Source of the DNA: Octopus vulgaris
Taxonomy: Eukaryota
DNA length: 64,000 nt
Direction of reading: 5' to 3'
NCBI GenBank assembly: GCA_951406725.2
Contig: OX597817.1
Span: forward strand, 21,142,001 to 21,206,000
This document shows, one piece after another, positions 1 through 14,640 of this stretch. The position numbers and the translations under genes are program-made. The notes beneath the pieces were generated by a model. That model searched no databases and was not told where the DNA came from. It worked only from the letters and a program-made list of their open reading frames with translations. The stretch's first letter is position 1. Every line of letters begins with the position of its first letter.

Positions 1-2640
1 GACGTATGAGTATTTAAAGGAGAGGAATTACATTTTAAGTGAGTGGTAGAAAGAGAACAAAAAGGAAAAAAGCTCCAAGAAACCGCATCTATTTTCGATG
101 GATGGGTGAATATATTCGGAGCGCTGATATGCATTTTGCTATGAATTTGCATTGGGGATATGGATGATTCTGATTTTACCCGGGATTGGGCAAATGTTCT
201 AGTACAGAAATAAAATTTATATTAAATTCGACTCCAATTTTAGCATATTGTCACCAGAACAATAAATGTCCTGCTGTTAGTCTGAAACTAGTTTTAAAAT
301 ATTATCCGTAGCCTCTTAATCTTTAGGGAAAGCCCTATATATATGGTCTCCGGTCCAATAAGAGGATTCCTCTTTGATATTGCAACTGCATATTCCTCAG
401 ATGTCTCCAATCAAATCTAATCAGCAATTAACTGTATGGCAAAGGTACCCCTGTGAATGTCGAGCGCAGCCCATCTGTCGAACTTATTTACAGTATTCCC
501 TCTAGCAAATTCTTAACACGATGTTGTGGTAAATGTAACTTTCACGAATTCTCACACAGTAGCGTTGAGAGTAGGATAGCATGGTTGAGGAGGAATTTTT
601 TATCGTTAAGGTATTTCGTCTTCTATATAAATGTTAGGGATAAATATATACACACTTCTTTACATAAACGTCTATGTGTGAGCGTGTAAGTGAACGTGTG
701 CATATGAGTTTGTTTGCATCGATATGCATGAATGTACTCGCATTTAATCAATAATTGAATAGGAATTCTAGTATATTTCTGTATAGAATGGTATGCAACA
801 ATCAATTTTAAAATGGAAAATGTGTATTCAAATAAAAACGTGTAATAAATTTATTGGAAGAATATCGAACAAAATCTGAAAATTTTACAAATCAGCGAGA
901 AGTATTCATAATAATTATTGCATTATATTCTTTCTGATATCTCATAATTTGTTTGTTATTATTCCTTGTCTGTATGTACGTTGTGGTGCGGAAGTGTGTC
1001 TGTGATTTCTTACCTTTCCGAGATTTGTTAGTAAGTGACATTTTGTTTTTACTATGTTTTTTTTCTCTTTAGTGTTTTATTGGTGTTTTGTTTATCGTTT
1101 TTTTTTTCCTCTCCATTAGAAATATTGCAAAGCACAGTGAAATTTATTGCAATGCAATTTATCTTCTAATTAGTTACAATGCTCAACAAGCTAAATTAAA
1201 ATAACTCTAATGTTCAATAACTGTCGAACATATATTTAATTTCAGTTCATTTTTGAAAGAGAAGAGTGATTAGTTTGACCGGTTCGGTTATATATTATTT
1301 TTATATTTTCGTTTTAGAAATATAGTTCTGATTTTTGTCAATGTTGGAAATATTGATATGTGTGTTTAGACTGGAGTTTATTGTGGTCATTCTTGTGCAG
1401 ATTTTGATTATGACGCTGCTCACAGTGACTGCTATAAACTTTGTTAAAAATACGTTCATTTGTGAATTCGTTGATTGGTCAGAGAGATTTTCCTAAAAGA
1501 AAAAAGTATCAACAGAAGCAGTTTTATTCACAAGTTGTGTGTCTATATAGTTGTCATATATACATGGACAAATATATAAAGAAACAAATACGAACAATTT
1601 CAGAAACGCCAAAACTTCAAAAGATATACATCTATACATACATTCATATGCACACACACAAACAGATGTATATATACTTACATTTATATATCTGTGTGTG
1701 AACGTGTATGTGTTTATGTGTGTGTGTATACACATAAGCCTATGTCTATATATGCGTGCCTTAAGATAAATTGGTTCGTATTACTGGATATGTAATCCTC
1801 TATTTTGAATTGAGTTGGATTGCAGCTGTCTTCTATGTATATTGACAAGAGGTTAGATTATCTAAAGAAATAATTAAATGTTTACCCGGTGAAATATATC
1901 ATCATGAACATTCAAACGATTCTTGAAGGTAAATCACTAAATTTAGTAATACAGACTTGGCATTTAAATCAAAGATTTGAAATATTCTGTCAACTGGTAA
2001 AGCTCTCATCATTTGACAAGTAAATGAAAATACTATATTTCAATGTTTATAGATTTATGGAACGAAGATATTGACGTCTTTATGCGGGAGAATTTAAAAT
2101 ATGAATATCGTACACGCTGAATATTCCAAACATTAGCTCAGTAGAGCTATCCGTCAATATAGTTAACGCACACATATGCAACAAATCTGACGCTGACATA
2201 ATAGAGTTGCAAACCACATTTCTCTCAAATAGTACATTTTAGATAAAGAACCTGGTTCACATAAGAGAGTATCATTCTACATAACATGCAAGAATGCAAA
2301 ACGTGCATGGTCAAGACTAGTAAAGCTTTAATTATAGAGAATGAAAAGGTTTGAATGGCATCACAATACACTATAATACAGACAATGGACTATATACCTG
2401 TTGTAAGTTAGTCATCCATAGTCTGATATTCTTTGTTACTTGTTTCAGTCATTTGACTATGGCCATGCTGGAGCACCGCCTGTAGTCGAGCAAATCGACC
2501 CCAGGACTTATTCTTTGTAAACCCAGTACTTATTCTATCGGTCTCTTTTGCTGAACTGCTAAGTGACGGGTCGTAAACACACCAGCATCGGTTGTCAAGC
2601 AATGCTAGGGGGACAACACACACAAACACACACACACATG

Positions 2641-2708
<68 letters not shown>

Positions 2709-2851
2709 TACGACGGGCTTCTTTCAGCTTCCGTGTACCAAATACACTCACAAGGCATTGGTCGGCCCGGGGCTATAGCAGAAGACACTTGCCCAAGATG
2801 CCACGCAATGGGACTGAACCCGGAACCATGTGGTTGGTTAGCAAGCTACTT

Positions 2852-5041
2852 TATTTCAAAACATTTGCCATAAAGGCAGTACACAGATTAAGTTAGCTTT
2901 GCGGGCTGGACGAGGACATTAATGAGGTGAATGATAATGAAAGAAAGATGATAAGGATGGGAGAAGACAAAAAGCGCCCGCTGACTTTCGCTTCTCTAAA
3001 ACATTGTTCTTTTTAAAGATAAACACAAAACGAGGTATTAAACCTCTTACAATTTTTACAAAACGAGGTATTAATCCTCTTACAATTTTTCAATTTTTGG
3101 ACTTAAGTCCATTACTAATAATACATATCGTCCTCGAAATAGCTTGTGCCCGCGCCCTCCACCATCAACCACGCCTCCCTCAGAACGTAATCAAGTTCCG
3201 AGTTCGCGTCGCCCGGGACCAAGTTATAATCTTCATTGAGCTCCTTTAGCCCAAGCGTCACGTCGAACGCCACGGCCTCCACAGCTACCTGCGGAGGCCA
3301 TTCGGGGTCCTGTGTGAAGGCTAAAGGTGCTCCCTTGTAGTGCTCTTCCCTCACTTTTTCAATTTCTCCTCCTCTATAGAAGAGGACCAATACGTTCAGT
3401 TCTTTCGTTGGCGGCACAGTTCCCGCCAACGGTATTCCTTCTCTTGTCGGTGGCACAACCTCAACCGACGTAGTTCCGGGACATTCCGGTGCTACACTGA
3501 CAGCCGGTAATGTCCCGTTTTTCTTCCTCTTTTTCATTTTTTTCCCTTTTCAACTGAGGGAGGGTGCGTCTCCTCCGTGGCCGGAAGATTCGTCTTCCTC
3601 TCCTCATCCCTATTATCCTTTGGTGAGCACCCATTGTTGCTCACCTTCCTCTTTCGGCCTCTGGTTGAGGAGTCCTCTGCTTTCTCGGCCGTTATCGTTC
3701 CCTCTTCTAGAGGGGTTTTACTTAACTGTTCCGGGATCCTATTTTGTTCCCGAGGACAGTTCTTCTTTATGTGGCCAGACTCCAAGCACCGATGACACTT
3801 AGGGGGGCGACCCTCAAGCATCACCGGGTACCTGCACCCGGCCATTTTCTAAAAATCTGGAAGAACCAGATTGGCTGATTGGGTCCACAGGGTCAAAATT
3901 GCTTTTGACCCAACCCAAGCAGCCGCATGAAGAACTTTTACATTGAGGAGTTTAGTTTCGCTGTCATCCAGACACCGGCGGATAGTCTCCTCTATCCACT
4001 CGGGTTCTATGTCGGGTGACAATCCGCAGATCCAAGCTTTCATCAATTTCTTTTTATTGTACGTGGGCAGGAATAAGATTTCCTTACCCTCCAGGGGTTT
4101 GCTAGCAAATTTGCAAGCCTCTTCAGGGGTGTCAAATAGCAACCATACCGTTGCATATTTGACACCACTGGAAATGAATTTAATTGTTGGCAAATACTCT
4201 ACCAAATCCTCCTCAATTGCCGTCTTTTCGAATAGGGCGATGGTGTCGAGTGCCTTGGAGTAGGTTCTCAACACCATTGTCCCATCTTCACGGTCTTTTA
4301 ACCACTTTTTAGGTGGTATGATTTCCCACTCCAAAATTTTGTTATTTTTCATTGCCATGTTTTTTTTAAAGTATATTCAAATTAAACTCAAAAAGCAGGA
4401 AGAAAAAAGTTCAAAAGTCCAAATAAAATTTGATAGATTTTTGAAAAAACAAAAAAGGAGAAAGCACAACAGAAGGGAAGAAATCAACGGAAAGTCGCAA
4501 TAAAGAAAAAAAACAAAAGGGGGGGGGGGTTAAATGAAGTTCAAAAGAAAATTAATAAACAGAAAAAACACAGCAAAAATATTCTGGCCATTCGGTACTC
4601 CCGGCCTGGGTTGAACCTGGAACGCCGCAACTGCAACACAACCTCCACAAAAATGGGTCCGAAAGGTAATCCAATAGTGGCTTATTTTTATAATTTTCTT
4701 GCGAAGTATTAGTTTTCACAATTCATAAAAGTTCTTCACAGCACAATACAATTCTCACAATTACGTGAGAAAAATATTTACTCAATTTATCGAAGACGGA
4801 TACGCCCCCAAACATTTTCTCAGCGAGAAAAATATATTTGCCACATGTCGGCAGAATCAGAATTCTGAATCCAGTAGGACTTCCTGCCTGTAAAAAACAA
4901 TTCTGAACAAAAACTCTCACTGGACCCAGAAAACAGAATCTTACCTTACATGGGGCTTCCAAAATTGTCAATTCAAGACGGCTTCAAAGGCACGTCTTCA
5001 CCGCTTCAGTGTCAAACACAACACTGACTCGCACATGCGCA
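2852..5041 (-). mobile_element. ORF1-only (HAL1-like) non-autonomous L1/Tx1-type retroelement, 2190 bp
   Basis: Perfect 15-bp TSD gttagcaagctactt at 2837-2851 and 5042-5056. It has a ~680 bp 5'UTR, a gag-like ORF1 and a ~260 bp 3'UTR ending in AATAAA that runs into the TSD. No RT or endonuclease sequence is present. Confidence 0.8.
3115..4358 (-). pseudogene. Tx1/L1-type ORF1 (gag-like RNA-binding protein with CCHC zinc knuckle), ~414 aa, one stop and one frameshift
   Basis: ORFs 4358-3849 and 3845-3534 are in the same frame, separated by a single TAG. ORF 3537-3115 follows a frameshift in an A-run. Knuckle EGRPPKCHRCLESGHIKKNC (CX2CX4HX4C) is followed by a K/E/P/T-rich tail. Confidence 0.75.
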
Positions 5042-5836
5042 GTTAGCAAGCTACTTACCACACAGCCACTCCTGAGCCTGATATGATTATTTCGGATTAA
5101 TATTCCTTCTCCAGATATTTCTTGATGAAGTGGCTGCTATAATCGGTTTTCTAACGGCTTCTTAAAAATTTTTTTGGAAGCGTCTCATCAGGGTCTCACG
5201 ATCCTCCTTCCGGAGAAGAGAAGAAAGGGGATGAAAAGGAAGCTGCACATATAATACGTAACTTAGAAGCAGCGCTATGGATGTACCAACACACACGAGA
5301 TTGAGACATAGCCGACATCATCACTTCTCATGAGGAATTCCGGAAGTAGCATCGTGAGACCACTGCTGAGACGCTTCCAAAAAATAAAAAGGAAAAGCCG
5401 TTTGAAAACCGATTATAGCAGTGACTGCATCTAAGATTATCTGAAGAAGGAATATTATTCCGAAATATCATATCAGACTATGGATGACTAAATTACAACA
5501 GGTGAATAGGCCATTGTGTGTATTATAGTGCATTGTTGTACCATTCAAGACTTTTTATTCTTTACAAACAATACACAATGCTTCAAGCGAACTACCATAC
5601 TCTCCTATCTTTAATTATAGCTTTAATGAATTAGAACTTACTTTGGTGCTCATCTTAAAACAGCACACACGTTGATAGATAATGCGATATATTTTCGTTA
5701 CCAAATGAAAAATACAATGATTACAACTCAGATATTGTAAATCCCTCAGAATCATTTAAAATTGAATAGCATCATAGTGTTGTTGGTATTAATGTTGTTT
5801 ATGGTATATATTTTGCTTCAGAATTGTAGTGATAGC

Positions 5837-6219
5837 GGAGGCGCAATGGCGCAGTGGTTAGGGCAGCGGACTCGCGGTCGTAGGATCGCAGTTTCGATTC
5901 CCAGACCGGACGTTGTTAGTGTTTATTGAGCGAAAACACCTAAAGCTCCACGAGGCTCCGGCAGGGATGGTGGTGATCCCTGCTGTACTCTTTCACCACA
6001 ACTTTCTCTCACTCTTACTCCCTGTTTCTGATGTACCTGTATTTCAAAGGGCCGGCATTGGCACTCTCTGTGTTACGCTGAATATCCCTGAGAACTATGT
6101 TAAGAGTACACGTGTCTGTGGAGTGCTCAGCCACTTACACGTTAATTTCACGAGCAGGCTGTTCCGTCGATCGGATCAACTGGAACCCTCGTCGTCGCAA
6201 CCGACGGAGTGCTTCCACA
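5837..6219 (+). mobile_element. tRNA-derived SINE, family B, full length
   Basis: tRNA-like head tggcgcagtggttagggc...gtttcgattccc. 10-bp TSD tagtgatagc at 5827-5836 and 6220-6229. Homologous copies at 7841-8110 and 22115-22485. Confidence 0.9.
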
Positions 6220-6860
6220 TAGTGATAGCAAGACTGTTTAAACTCTGGTGGATATTCTTCAGTTTGTCTTGATGTTCATATCTATATGGTTTCTCAATGT
6301 ATATTTTATTAACGTTGGTCCTTTGGTTGCTCAGGTATATTTTGTTGCTTTATTGGACGTTACTAGGGTTCTTCTTACATAACCTCTATCATAAAATACA
6401 TTCCACCCTGCTTTGAAGTCTCAAGTACTACGTTATCAACATTATCGTTAAGATAAATGTGATGAGTTATACCTAATGTATCGGGCAAGTTGAATGACCC
6501 ACATCATATTCCATCACCTGCGCGCACAAAGCAACATAAGAAAAATCTGTAACGAATTTTAGGTTAACTGATTGCTTTGTATTCTAAGCTTAATGATGAA
6601 TTTTTATTTCATTCTCTGTGTGTTGTTGCCAGTAATGGTGTACTTGTGAATTTATCTCAGTGTGTAAAAATAATGAGTAATGTAATGCGAAAGCCAAAAT
6701 ATAACCGCTACTATTAGCAGTATATCACTTAGTGCAAAGGTTCTCAACCCATTTTGGTCGAACGACCCATTAGACCCTTGGAGTCGCATACCGAGCCCTT
6801 AGAAAATATTTTAATTTTTCAATATATTACTATTTTAATTTTTCAATATACTACTATTTT

Positions 6861-7445
6861 AAGGCGGCAAGCTGGCAGAAACGTTAGTACACCAGGCAAA
6901 ATGCTTAGCGGTATTTCGTCTGTATTTACGTTCTGAGTTCAAATTCCGCTGAGGTCGAATTTGCCTGTCATCCTTTCAGGGTCGATAAATTAAGTACCAG
7001 TTATGCACTGGGATCGATATAATCGACTTAATCCGTTTGTCTGTCCTTGTTTGTCTCCTCTGTTTTTAGCCCAATGTAGATAGTAAAGAAATAGATATTT
7101 CGTCTGCCGCTATATTCCGAGTTCAAATTCCACCGAGGTCGACTTTGCTTTTCCTCCTTTCGGGGTCGATTAAATAAGTACCAGTTACGCACTGGGGTCG
7201 ATATAATCGAATTAATACGTTTGTCTGTTCTCAATTGTCCTCTCTGTGTTTAGCCCCTTGTGGGTAGTAAAGAAATAGGTATTTCGTCTGTATTTACGTT
7301 CTGAGTTCATATTCCGCCGAGGTCGACTTTACCTTTTACACTTCGGGGTCGATAAATTAAGTACCAGTTACGTACTCGGGTCGATGTAATCGACTGGCAC
7401 CCTCCTCAAAACTTTCGGGCTTTGAGCCTAGAGTAGAAAAGAATA
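6861..7445 (+). mobile_element. tRNA-derived SINE, family C (MetaSINE-like central domain), with a triplicated internal unit
   Basis: Head aaggcggcaagctggcagaa...gagttcaaattcc. The unit gaggtcgactttgcctttcatcctttcggggtcgataaattaagtaccag occurs 3 times with a ~180 bp period. Single-unit copies at 23271 and 54552. Confidence 0.85.
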
Positions 7446-7840
7446 TACTGCTTATTTTGATATCAGCAGATAATGATTAAAAAATAAAGCACCTCGTTTT
7501 ACACATGCGCATGTATCCAAATCTAGAGTACAGATGTACAACTTGAAATGCAAAACAAAAAAAAATTAAATGATAAACTGAAAGCTTAGTAATTGTGTTT
7601 ATATCAACAACGTGACACTTATGAGATCAACCTGTTGTCTATGAAAAGTGTGCTTTTTGGTACGAGTAAATGCTAACGAAATGATGAAATGAAATCAATT
7701 TAAATCTTTCCGATTTCCCTTATCAAAACGGCTAGAACTTGTGCAACAATCTGACAAAAGTTAATGTCACCCGGGAAGAGGATATTTTATGCTCAAGAAG
7801 GAGAGTGTGTTTGATAGAAATTGTTGAAATATATATGTGA

Positions 7841-8110
7841 ATGGAAGCACTCCGTCGGTTACGACGACGAGGGTTCCGGTTGATCCGAATCAACGGAACA
7901 GCCTGCTCGTAAAATTAACGTGTAAGTGGCTGAGCATTCCACAGACACGTGTACCCTTAACGTAGTTCTCGGGGATATTCAGCGTGACACAGAGAGTGCC
8001 AAGGCCGGCCCTTTGAAATACAGGTGCAACAGAAACAGGAAGTAAGAGTGAGAGAAAGTTGTGGTGAAAGAGTACAGCAGGGATCACCACCACCCCTGCC
8101 GGAGCCTCCA
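7841..8110 (-). mobile_element. SINE family B, 5'-truncated
   Basis: Reverse complement of ~5950-6218. Confidence 0.9.
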
Positions 8111-8897
8111 CAATACATATGTACTTCATATGAGTAACTAACTGCGGAGGATGGTATTCGCTGTATTTGGATCTAGTTAGTTTGCGTCACGGAATCAGCC
8201 CCCTTTTGAAATGACGTAAAAAATCTGAAAATTTGTCATATTAAACATTCATTTCTTATTCAGGATCTCGATTGTTTCATTCGTAATATCTGCATTTTTT
8301 AAATGGAAGTAAAAATTCTGAAATCGCTTATACTGATGCAGTTTCAACTGTGAAGCCATGAATTTCTAGAGAAAAAAATTGACACACACATTTTTTTTAT
8401 TAATTCGTGGTTATAAGATACGGACAGTCTGAATCTCCCATTCGTTTCTCTATAATTTCCAAATATTTTTTTTAGATACTTCAAAATCAGAACTGAATAA
8501 ATATGTTTGCCAGAAAAAGGAGTTAAAAATTACGAAAATATATTTTTGAGAAATCTCTTTTTATCACTGACTTTTATTCCTTTATTCTAATATCTTCTGT
8601 AACGTATACATATACATGTATAGATGCATACTGAAACGTATAAATGTATACACACACACATAAATTGTTACAGAGTTATCTTTATATACATCCTGTTATA
8701 TATATATAAAATTTTAGGCATATCTACACAGTTGTTCTCCAGATATGTGCTTCTTCATAACCTTAAGAAAATTAAATATTTCTTTTCTACAAATATGCTT
8801 CAGATCATGTAGATTCCGATTAAATTGGAAAACAATTCATGGTGAAAACCGTTTATGCCTAAAGGAGTTTTAGAACATCCACATCATTAGGCTTTCT

Positions 8898-8919
8898 GTA
8901 TATATATATATATATTTTT

Positions 8920-8983
<64 letters not shown>

Positions 8984-9118
8984 ACATACATACATATATA
9001 TACATACATACATATATATCTATACATACATACATATATATCTATACATACATACATATAAATATATATACATACATACATATATATATATACATACATA
9101 CATATATATATATACATG

Positions 9119-9160
<42 letters not shown>

Positions 9161-9184
9161 CATACATATATATATATAAATGTA

Positions 9185-9228
<44 letters not shown>

Positions 9229-9235
9229 TATATAC
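8898..9235. repeat. Compound (TA)n/(CA)n/(TACA)n microsatellite
   Basis: Directly visible. Confidence 0.95.
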
Positions 9236-11253
9236 GTGGGTATATTCGTATTGTTTTAATATCTTTATACACGCCCATACACACATGAAAATCTGGCACA
9301 CCGTCGGTTTGGAAAATCACAAGTATCCAAGACGTCTTCACCAATCTCCCAACTTCATTTTTTCCGTTAAAAAGAAGTCTTTTGTCTACTTGGACTATAT
9401 GTCATTCATACCATACGGGGGTTTGTCTACTAATATTGTTGATGGACCTGCAGCATATCACTGGCATTTCACATATATAGCCCAGGATTATGTGAAAAAG
9501 TTGGAAAACCATCAATTGAATTTCTTCCATAAAATATTAAAAAAAATATTTGGAAATTATAAAGAGGAATGCATGGTAGATTCAGACTGTCCGTATTATA
9601 AAACCATTTAATAAAAAAAATTAGTGGTTGGAGGAACGAGATTTTATTTTGTTTTATGCATAATCGCATCCATTATCCAGAAAGCAGATCAGTATCTTTG
9701 TGGTTTTCGTCACGGTATATAATTTTGTTCTAATTGTTTCCAAATTTGGTATATGGATTTAGTTTTGTACCCTATTTATGAAAATGAAATTCATTTTCCC
9801 TATAAATCCATGATTAAAAAGTTAATAGCGTTTAAAATTTGAAAAATTTGGGCATTTTAGCCAATCAGAAGCGAGAATTTTAGACTTCAATGTGGTGTAG
9901 AAGTCTATTTCTATAGTAACCAATGCAAAGAAACAACATGTGTTCCATAGCTGATTGCGAAGAAACAACATGTGTTCCATAGCTGATTGGGAAGAACTCT
10001 GTTTCCATAGTAACCAAAGATGCTGTGCATGCACACAAAGAATGTAGCAACCAATTGTTCTATAATTGTTTGTTTTCATAGCAGATGGCACTCACATTCA
10101 ACGAATTGAAAGTACCTTCGCATGATTGACTCTCATACTTGTGAATTTATGTGGAGAAGGAGATATGAAAACGATCATTTATTTTATAAACTCCTAGAGT
10201 GCATTGCAAGCTTTCGTTCTTGAATTTTTTTAGCTAATAAATGTCTGTTTTAAACAATGTTATTTTATTGTTATTTCTAGCAACTCCTGCTGGTCTGTTT
10301 GTTCGGTGCTTTTAAATATTTAATTTACTCGCGTAGCTAGTTTAATGTCTTGACATGCCGATGCTCCCCGACCCGCCCTGATGATGGAAGAGGCAGTGAA
10401 TATGCTGTTTTCTGATTGGCTGAAAATTCTGAAAATAGCCAAACTTTGAAACCTGTAACATTCTTGCATAATTTTTCTGGAATAAATAAATAACAAATTC
10501 AGATTCAGTGTCAAAAATTTACATCTATATGATACATTGAAAAAAAAATTTTGAAGATACTTGTCAACAGTGACCAAAATGTTTTGTAAAAATTCGTAAA
10601 AATATAAAAAAGTTGAGAGGTTTTAGCCTGAGCTTGCATCATAATTCCGCCTATTCATATATGTGTGTTTGTGCGCGCGGTTGGTAGTATCTGTTTTTCC
10701 TTTCGATTTTGTTTACTTACACACACCAACAAATAAGGCAATGAGGTAGTCAATATGTGATTGTTCAATTTGTTAGAAATAACAGTCAAATCTCTCTCAT
10801 GGTATGCTCTTGTTATTATTAAGGAAAGGGAAAATGTTTACTTCTCCCTATTATTAAGATTAAAATTGATATTTTTGATTTTGTTCGGCTCTATGAATCT
10901 AGTTTTTTTTTTTAAAATGCTTCCGTCGATTGCTTGATACAGGAAATTGGAAACTCCTGACCAAACAGAGAATTTCTAACCTCACAAAAAAATATAAAAA
11001 GAGAAATAAAAGTTTCTGTTTTCCAAAGCCAAAATATGTGTTTTTAGGGCTCTAGGTAAATTCCCCCGCGGTAAATTCTACCACGAAAAATTCCACCAGG
11101 TAAATTTAACCATAGGTAAATTTCACCATGGTAACTTCCACCCATGGACCGACTGCCAATATAAGCTGTTTTTGCTGATAATCACCGTGGTCAGTTTCTC
11201 TGGACTGTTGCTTAATACTTATGTTATTTAATTTGTTTGTCTTTCGAGTCTTA

Positions 11254-11290
<37 letters not shown>

Positions 11291-11701
11291 AATGTAAGAT
11301 AAAAAATAATTTTTATAATCTATTTGAACTGAGATTGGATCACTTTAATGTACTCCATCGCGTAAGAATCTATAAAAAAGACTTTCCCAAAACTTCAAAA
11401 ATGATATAATTTGCGATAAAGAAAAGATTAGACTTTAGCACACATCCTATTACAACAATAGGATAAAAAATAACAGCAAATACATTGTGAAGCAGAGATA
11501 GGATAATAAATTCTAATTTATTCTTTTAAAATTATATTAATATTTCTGAAGACAAATTGTGTGCAATACTTCTTAAAAGTTCAGAGGGCTTTCATTTTGA
11601 TATTCCTGAACTAGCTTCTTCAGCCATGCATCAACAGTTTGATAGATCTTTTTTTTTGTTGTTGTTGTTGAGTCTCCACGTGGAATGTGAGCAATTTTTG
11701 T

Positions 11702-12037
11702 CTAGTTTAATCTTTCCTCAGCTTTGAGGGCAGTGCATTTTTTCCACAAATTTGGATGTGCAGATGTTAGTACTGAGCGCAAAACATTGTGGAACCCTTC
11801 TAAATAATTATTTGATCTTAACAAGTCCTTTACGACACGATCACGTACATTCCAGAGTTGTATAGGAAAAGTGGAGTTTCTCTTCGCCGATGAGGATCGC
11901 GCCCTCATAAACAATCTCAATATATATATCTCAGGTCTAGGAATAGGTGATAAACGCAGAAGGGGTGTCTTCATTGTTAGATAAATCTTGAAATACATTA
12001 ACAACGTTTCCAACGTACTATTCATATTCCTTGACAT
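11702..12037 (-). pseudogene. MULE transposase C-terminal fragment
   Basis: FPIQLWNV...RSNNYLEGFHNVL...HPNLWK matches the Mutator-type FPxxxWN...RTNNxxEGxH...HPNxW motif around the catalytic E. Confidence 0.8.
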
Positions 12038-12087
12038 TATTGATATTTTTTATGCATTCTTTTTTACATCCATTATATCGTAATCCA

Positions 12088-14640
<2,553 letters not shown>

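Larger units (their letters stand above)
2430..5079 (-). mobile_element. tRNA-derived SINE, family A (internal (TA)n/(TG)n), interrupted in its head by a 2.19 kb insert
   Basis: 2430-2851 plus 5057-5079 is the reverse complement of the intact copy at 62903-63320. A box (gtggctgtgtggtaag) and B box (gggttcagtccc) are present. ctgatat is duplicated at 2423-2429 and 5078-5084. Confidence 0.9.
2395..5504. mobile_element. MITE-like element with ~160 bp terminal inverted repeats, split by a SINE insertion (left arm 2395-2429 + 5085-5212; right arm ~5341-5504)
   Basis: The reverse complement of 5341-5504 (acctgttgtaatttagtcatccatagtctgatatgat...gtctcacgatgctacttccg) matches 2396-2429 joined to 5085-5212 once the nested inserts are removed. 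Confidence 0.8.

Noticed and set aside
5837-5915. Possible tRNA gene
   Set aside because: It is a SINE head followed by the SINE body and flanked by a TSD, with no proper acceptor stem or terminator.
5913-6272. Recurrent 80-140 aa ORFs (also 7890-8129, 2408-2788, 63144-63554)
   Set aside because: They are chance frames through SINE copies; the recurrence reflects the repeat.
9928-9990. 32-bp direct repeat within a possible DNA transposon (~9600-10655)
   Set aside because: A simple local duplication; no convincing TIR/TSD pair or coding motif for the surrounding element.
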